Source of the DNA: Candidatus Zambryskibacteria bacterium RIFCSPLOWO2_02_FULL_39_14
Lineage (GTDB): Bacteria; Patescibacteriota; Minisyncoccia; Phycocordibacterales; Zambryskibacteraceae
Length of the DNA stretch: 35,718 nt
NCBI GenBank assembly: GCA_001824135.1
Contig: MHWM01000032.1
Coordinates: 1-35,718 of the forward strand
Direction: 5' to 3'
Shown here: positions 32,572-35,718 of the stretch, piece after piece
Position numbering within the stretch: position 1 is the first letter of the stretch
Layout of the letters: each line of letters begins with the position of its first letter
Notes under the pieces: model-generated
The model's input: the letters and a program-made list of their open reading frames with translations, nothing else
What the model was told of the DNA's origin: nothing
Database searches by the model: none
Position numbers and translations under genes: made by a program

Positions 32572-33750
32572 CTATGAGATAACTCTATCCATCACTCCAC
32601 CACCTATACCATAGTCACCATCGTCTACTTTACTGGGAGACAAATAAAACACTATTGATTGACCGAGGGATAATCCGTTTATCGGTTTTTGAAACTCTAT
32701 ACCAAGTTCTTTACCTTCAAGAAAAAGTGTGGCAGGCACTTTATTTCCCCTATATCTTATCCTAGCAGAGAGGAGAGGATTTTTAGGTTCAGTAATCCAA
32801 TTCACACCCTTGACCACAATCTTTTTAGGCGAAAGAGAATCTATTTCCGATTTTTTATTTGAAACGGTAATAGTGTTTGCTTTAATGTCTTTTGATACCA
32901 CATAGAAAGCGCCATCCTCCGGTTTTTTCTTCAAAATATCAAAACCGTGCCTTTCTCCAATAGTGTAGAGTACGGCACCACTGTGAGAACCTATGATTTC
33001 ACCTAGAGTATTTAATACATCTCCCGGTTTAGTAGAGATAAAATGAGAAAGAAATTCTTCCATGCTGACATCACCAATAAAGCATATGCCCTGACTATCT
33101 TTCTTCTCCGAGACAGGCAGATTATATTTGCGCGCCAACTTGCGCACCTCATCCTTTTTTAGATTGCCAACTGGAAAGAGTATGTGTGCTAAATCATCTC
33201 TTGTTAAGGTCCAGAGAAAATATGATTGGTCTTTCTCTTTATCCACAGCTTCCTTCAATTGCCCATACTCAATACGAGCATAATGTCCTGTAGCAATATA
33301 GTTAGCACCCATTTCTTTGGCCTTTTTCCAAAATGCTCCAAATTTTATTTCTTTATTGCAGAGTACATCTGGATTCGGCGTACGACCAACTTTGTATTCA
33401 GCTATCATTTTATCCACTACCTCGCTTTTATACTTTTCTTCGAAATCAAAAAACAAGAAAGGAATATCTAAGGCAATGGCTACCTTCATAGCATCACGCC
33501 GTTCATCTCTCCAGCTACAAGGCAGAAAATCGGGTTGCCAGACTTTTATAAATACACCTGTTACGTCGAAACCCTTCTCCTTCAATAGTGCTGCGGAAAC
33601 AGCACTATCTACTCCACCAGAGAGTCCTACAAAGACTTTCGGCTTAGAGGTTATTTGTGTTACAGCAATTTTTTCTTTGCTATCTGGAAATGTATTTAAA
33701 CTTTTTTGCGACATGGTCATCGAAGTCTTCAGAATAATGCATTGTACCAT
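32572..33750 (-). CDS. mnmA: tRNA-specific 2-thiouridylase (MnmA)
   Basis: PP-loop VGLSGGVDSAVSA, GRTPNPDVLCN, IATGHYAR, DQSYFL, and DSQGICFIG (second catalytic Cys). The start is uncertain. The ATG at 33750 has an AGGAG 3 nt upstream but overlaps mltG by 71 nt; the alternatives are ATGs at 33720 and 33714. Confidence 0.88.
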   Translation of the reverse strand: MVQCIILKTSMTMSQKSLNTFPDSKEKIAVTQITSKPKVFVGLSGGVDSAVSAALLKEKGFDVTGVFIKVWQPDFLPCSWRDERRDAMKVAIALDIPFLFFDFEEKYKSEVVDKMIAEYKVGRTPNPDVLCNKEIKFGAFWKKAKEMGANYIATGHYARIEYGQLKEAVDKEKDQSYFLWTLTRDDLAHILFPVGNLKKDEVRKLARKYNLPVSEKKDSQGICFIGDVSMEEFLSHFISTKPGDVLNTLGEIIGSHSGAVLYTIGERHGFDILKKKPEDGAFYVVSKDIKANTITVSNKKSEIDSLSPKKIVVKGVNWITEPKNPLLSARIRYRGNKVPATLFLEGKELGIEFQKPINGLSLGQSIVFYLSPSKVDDGDYGIGGGVMDRVIS

Positions 33751-34630
33751 CGTCTCCTGTCAAGAAATATAAGTAAGGTGTAGAAGTGGGGTTAATGGCG
33801 GCTTTTATACTCTCGAGCCCTGGATTTGATATTGGTCTTGGTGGTAATCCTTTATAGAGATATGTATTGAAAGGAGAGTCAATCTTTAAATCATCAAGAG
33901 TAAGATCCTTAGTAGTCTTGCCATTAACATAAGCAAAACTAGCATCCACCTGTAGAGGCAGGCCTAGCTCCACCCTTCTCCATAAAATACCAGAGACAAT
34001 CTCGCGGTCTATCTGAGATCGAGCTTCACCTTCTATAAGAGATGCCATGATTATAATTTCTTCGGGAGTTTTTCCGGAGAGATTGGAGTTATTGATAACT
34101 TCCGAAACTTTACGGACAAAGTTATTATTAAGCAGTTTTATGGTAGAAGAAGCAGTTACTGTAACCGGGATGAAATAAGTATCTGGAAACAAATACCCTT
34201 CCGGCGCCAAAGATTTGAAACTATCATGATCAAAGAACGGAAATCTATCATCAAAAAGATTTGAAATCTTAGCTACAGTAAAACCTTCTGGAATAGTAAG
34301 TTTAACTGTTTCTATATCGTTATGGCCATGAAATACACGCCAAGCGATAAGAAAAGTGTTCTGGGGACGAGACATGTAATATTGACCGGCTTTCATATCA
34401 CGTTCTCCGCCAAGGACAATAGCTGCCAGACGAAACCAAAAAGGTGAGCGTATAACGTTATCCTCTTGTAATTTTTCTGTAAGAACATAAAGACCAACAC
34501 CCTCTGGAATAGTGATAATAGATCCCGAGGGGAAAGAAAATGGTGGGGTTATATACCAGAGACAAGTGATGAGAAAAAACATCACAAAAATAAACAAATA
34601 AATTCTCTTGTTTATAAAACGCCTATACAT
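33680..34630 (-). CDS. mltG: endolytic murein transglycosylase MltG (YceG-like)
   Basis: TM anchor followed by IPEGFTVAKIS, EGYLFPDTYFIP, IIMASLIEGEA, LQVDASFAYV and NTYLYKGLPPRPISNPG. The ATG at 34630 (MYRRFINKRIY...) is preferred. The ORF-track start at 34747 is a TTG inside the upstream gene. Confidence 0.88.
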   Translation of the reverse strand: MYRRFINKRIYLFIFVMFFLITCLWYITPPFSFPSGSIITIPEGVGLYVLTEKLQEDNVIRSPFWFRLAAIVLGGERDMKAGQYYMSRPQNTFLIAWRVFHGHNDIETVKLTIPEGFTVAKISNLFDDRFPFFDHDSFKSLAPEGYLFPDTYFIPVTVTASSTIKLLNNNFVRKVSEVINNSNLSGKTPEEIIIMASLIEGEARSQIDREIVSGILWRRVELGLPLQVDASFAYVNGKTTKDLTLDDLKIDSPFNTYLYKGLPPRPISNPGLESIKAAINPTSTPYLYFLTGDDGTMHYSEDFDDHVAKKFKYISR

Positions 34631-34634
34631 AAAT

Positions 34635-35718
34635 CTATACAGGTAGATTGGCAGGAGCTTCTGCCTTCTTTGAAGGAATACGAGTAAGTGTAGGTGTGGT
34701 AGATACTCCACCGTGTGGAAAATGGAATAGAGTAGCCAGCTCTTCAACAGTCAGCACATAAGGCTCACCATACAGGTGTTTAAAAGGAACATCAAAAAAT
34801 GACCGGCGTTTATAGGCTTCAAGGTGTGTTTGATGAAGCATCCTTTTTTTCTTGTCGTGAACATCTTGCCACGGATATTCAACACTCATAAACTTATTAG
34901 GTTTGATGCCATTGAGATTCTTGGAACCAAACTGACGCATACTTCCTATAAGACCCGTAAGTTTGTTCTTATCAAAGATATCTTTAGGCGCAACATAGAG
35001 CACTCTCATCATAGAGTTGAAAGCCAATTTGCCAGCATTGCGTTCTATGGCTTTAATAGTCTCGCCCTGTGTCGTGGTTAAATGTTGGAGAGTCTGAGGT
35101 TTACCTTCAGCTGGTTTAATATAAGATTCTTGTTCAATGATTTTTTTTATTTCTTTCTTAATGCTCTCTTTCCAATCAGGCTTTGGAAAGAGACGTGTAT
35201 CCTTAAGACCCTCCTTGCGATGACCTTGTATCAATATTTGTATCCACGCCTGTTCTCCGGGTTTGAGAGAACCAAGATATTCGATAAGCGGCACGAGGGG
35301 ATCCACTATTTCTTCTGGCTCTTTACCGCCTCGCTCCAGTTCGTAATCTATATATGATTTGATGGGATATGGGTCCGGTTTAACAAGGCTTGTCGTGATA
35401 CCGGAAAAATTTACCTTTTCCGGATCATAGACAACTTTGAGCGCATAATCTTCCGCCTCATAAACTTCCGCACCAGGATATTGAGCATAGATTCTCGATT
35501 CTATAATATTTTTCCACTTTGGTAATGCCCAGATGAAGAACTTAACTTCACCGCCTAACGAGACAATTTCAAGTGAGAAGAAGTCTCTAACTCGACCTTT
35601 AATAAAAACATCTGTAAGCGTACCTACCACATCTTCCCATATACCTTCTAGCACCATTTCCATAGCAGCTGGTGACTTATTTATGTCTCTCGGCAACTTA
35701 ATCTCCAGAAGCACACTG
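34635..35718 (-). CDS. conserved hypothetical protein, 5'-partial (reading frame open to window end)
   Basis: The frame stays open past the GTG at 35714 to the window edge. The sequence runs LLEIKLPRDINKSPAAMEMVLEGIW ... TVEELATLFHFPHGGVSTTPTLTRIPSKKAEAPANLPV*. No P-loop or other catalytic motif was seen. Confidence 0.55.
   Translation of the reverse strand, partial: SVLLEIKLPRDINKSPAAMEMVLEGIWEDVVGTLTDVFIKGRVRDFFSLEIVSLGGEVKFFIWALPKWKNIIESRIYAQYPGAEVYEAEDYALKVVYDPEKVNFSGITTSLVKPDPYPIKSYIDYELERGGKEPEEIVDPLVPLIEYLGSLKPGEQAWIQILIQGHRKEGLKDTRLFPKPDWKESIKKEIKKIIEQESYIKPAEGKPQTLQHLTTTQGETIKAIERNAGKLAFNSMMRVLYVAPKDIFDKNKLTGLIGSMRQFGSKNLNGIKPNKFMSVEYPWQDVHDKKKRMLHQTHLEAYKRRSFFDVPFKHLYGEPYVLTVEELATLFHFPHGGVSTTPTLTRIPSKKAEAPANLPV

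Overview
The window is AT-rich (roughly mid-30s % GC by eye, not computed) and densely packed. Its gene content and style look like a reduced Patescibacteria/CPR-type bacterium under the standard code, with TGA used as a stop. After a 5'-partial murF on the + strand, every credible gene lies on the - strand, often with 1-30 nt start/stop overlaps. In transcription order (high to low coordinates) the content is as follows.

- **35.7-31.1 kb:** a partial conserved hypothetical, mltG, mnmA, an ATP-cone/PD-(D/E)xK nuclease fusion and a family-4 UDG.
- **31.1-30.9 kb:** a GC-rich promoter / small-ORF / terminator leader.
- **30.9-28.3 kb:** an AlaRS limited to the aminoacylation domain, then a membrane-anchored hypothetical.
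- **28.3-23.5 kb:** infA, an inserted C39-like peptidase, then rpmJ (missed by the ORF track)-rpsM-rpsK-rpsD-rpoA-rplQ-rplM-rpsI.
- **23.5-20.1 kb:** grpE-dnaK-dnaJ; the DnaJ has no zinc finger.
- **20.1-13.5 kb, an accessory block:** a 4-TM SMR/DMT-like protein, an ALDH-like protein with a class-I-LysRS-like C-terminus, an orphan Cache histidine kinase, ArsR, a membrane protein and a large secreted lipase-like hydrolase.
- **13.4-1.3 kb:** trpS-aspS-scpA-scpB-dac-asnB-mraY-ftsW-murG, a GluRS limited to the catalytic domain, an M23 peptidase and a small membrane protein.

No rRNA, tRNA, CRISPR array, transposase or integrase was seen.

Best candidates for something undescribed:
1. The ALDH-like/LysRS-C fusion with its small membrane partner, inside an island that may serve lipid scavenging or remodelling.
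2. A promoter-embedded 12-18 bp CG-core palindrome present three times, wiring ArsR, the lipase operon and the trpS operon together.
3. The translationally coupled ATP-cone-nuclease/UDG pair.
4. The truncated GluRS and AlaRS, the latter behind an attenuator-like leader.

All family assignments come from motif recognition by eye. No database search was run.
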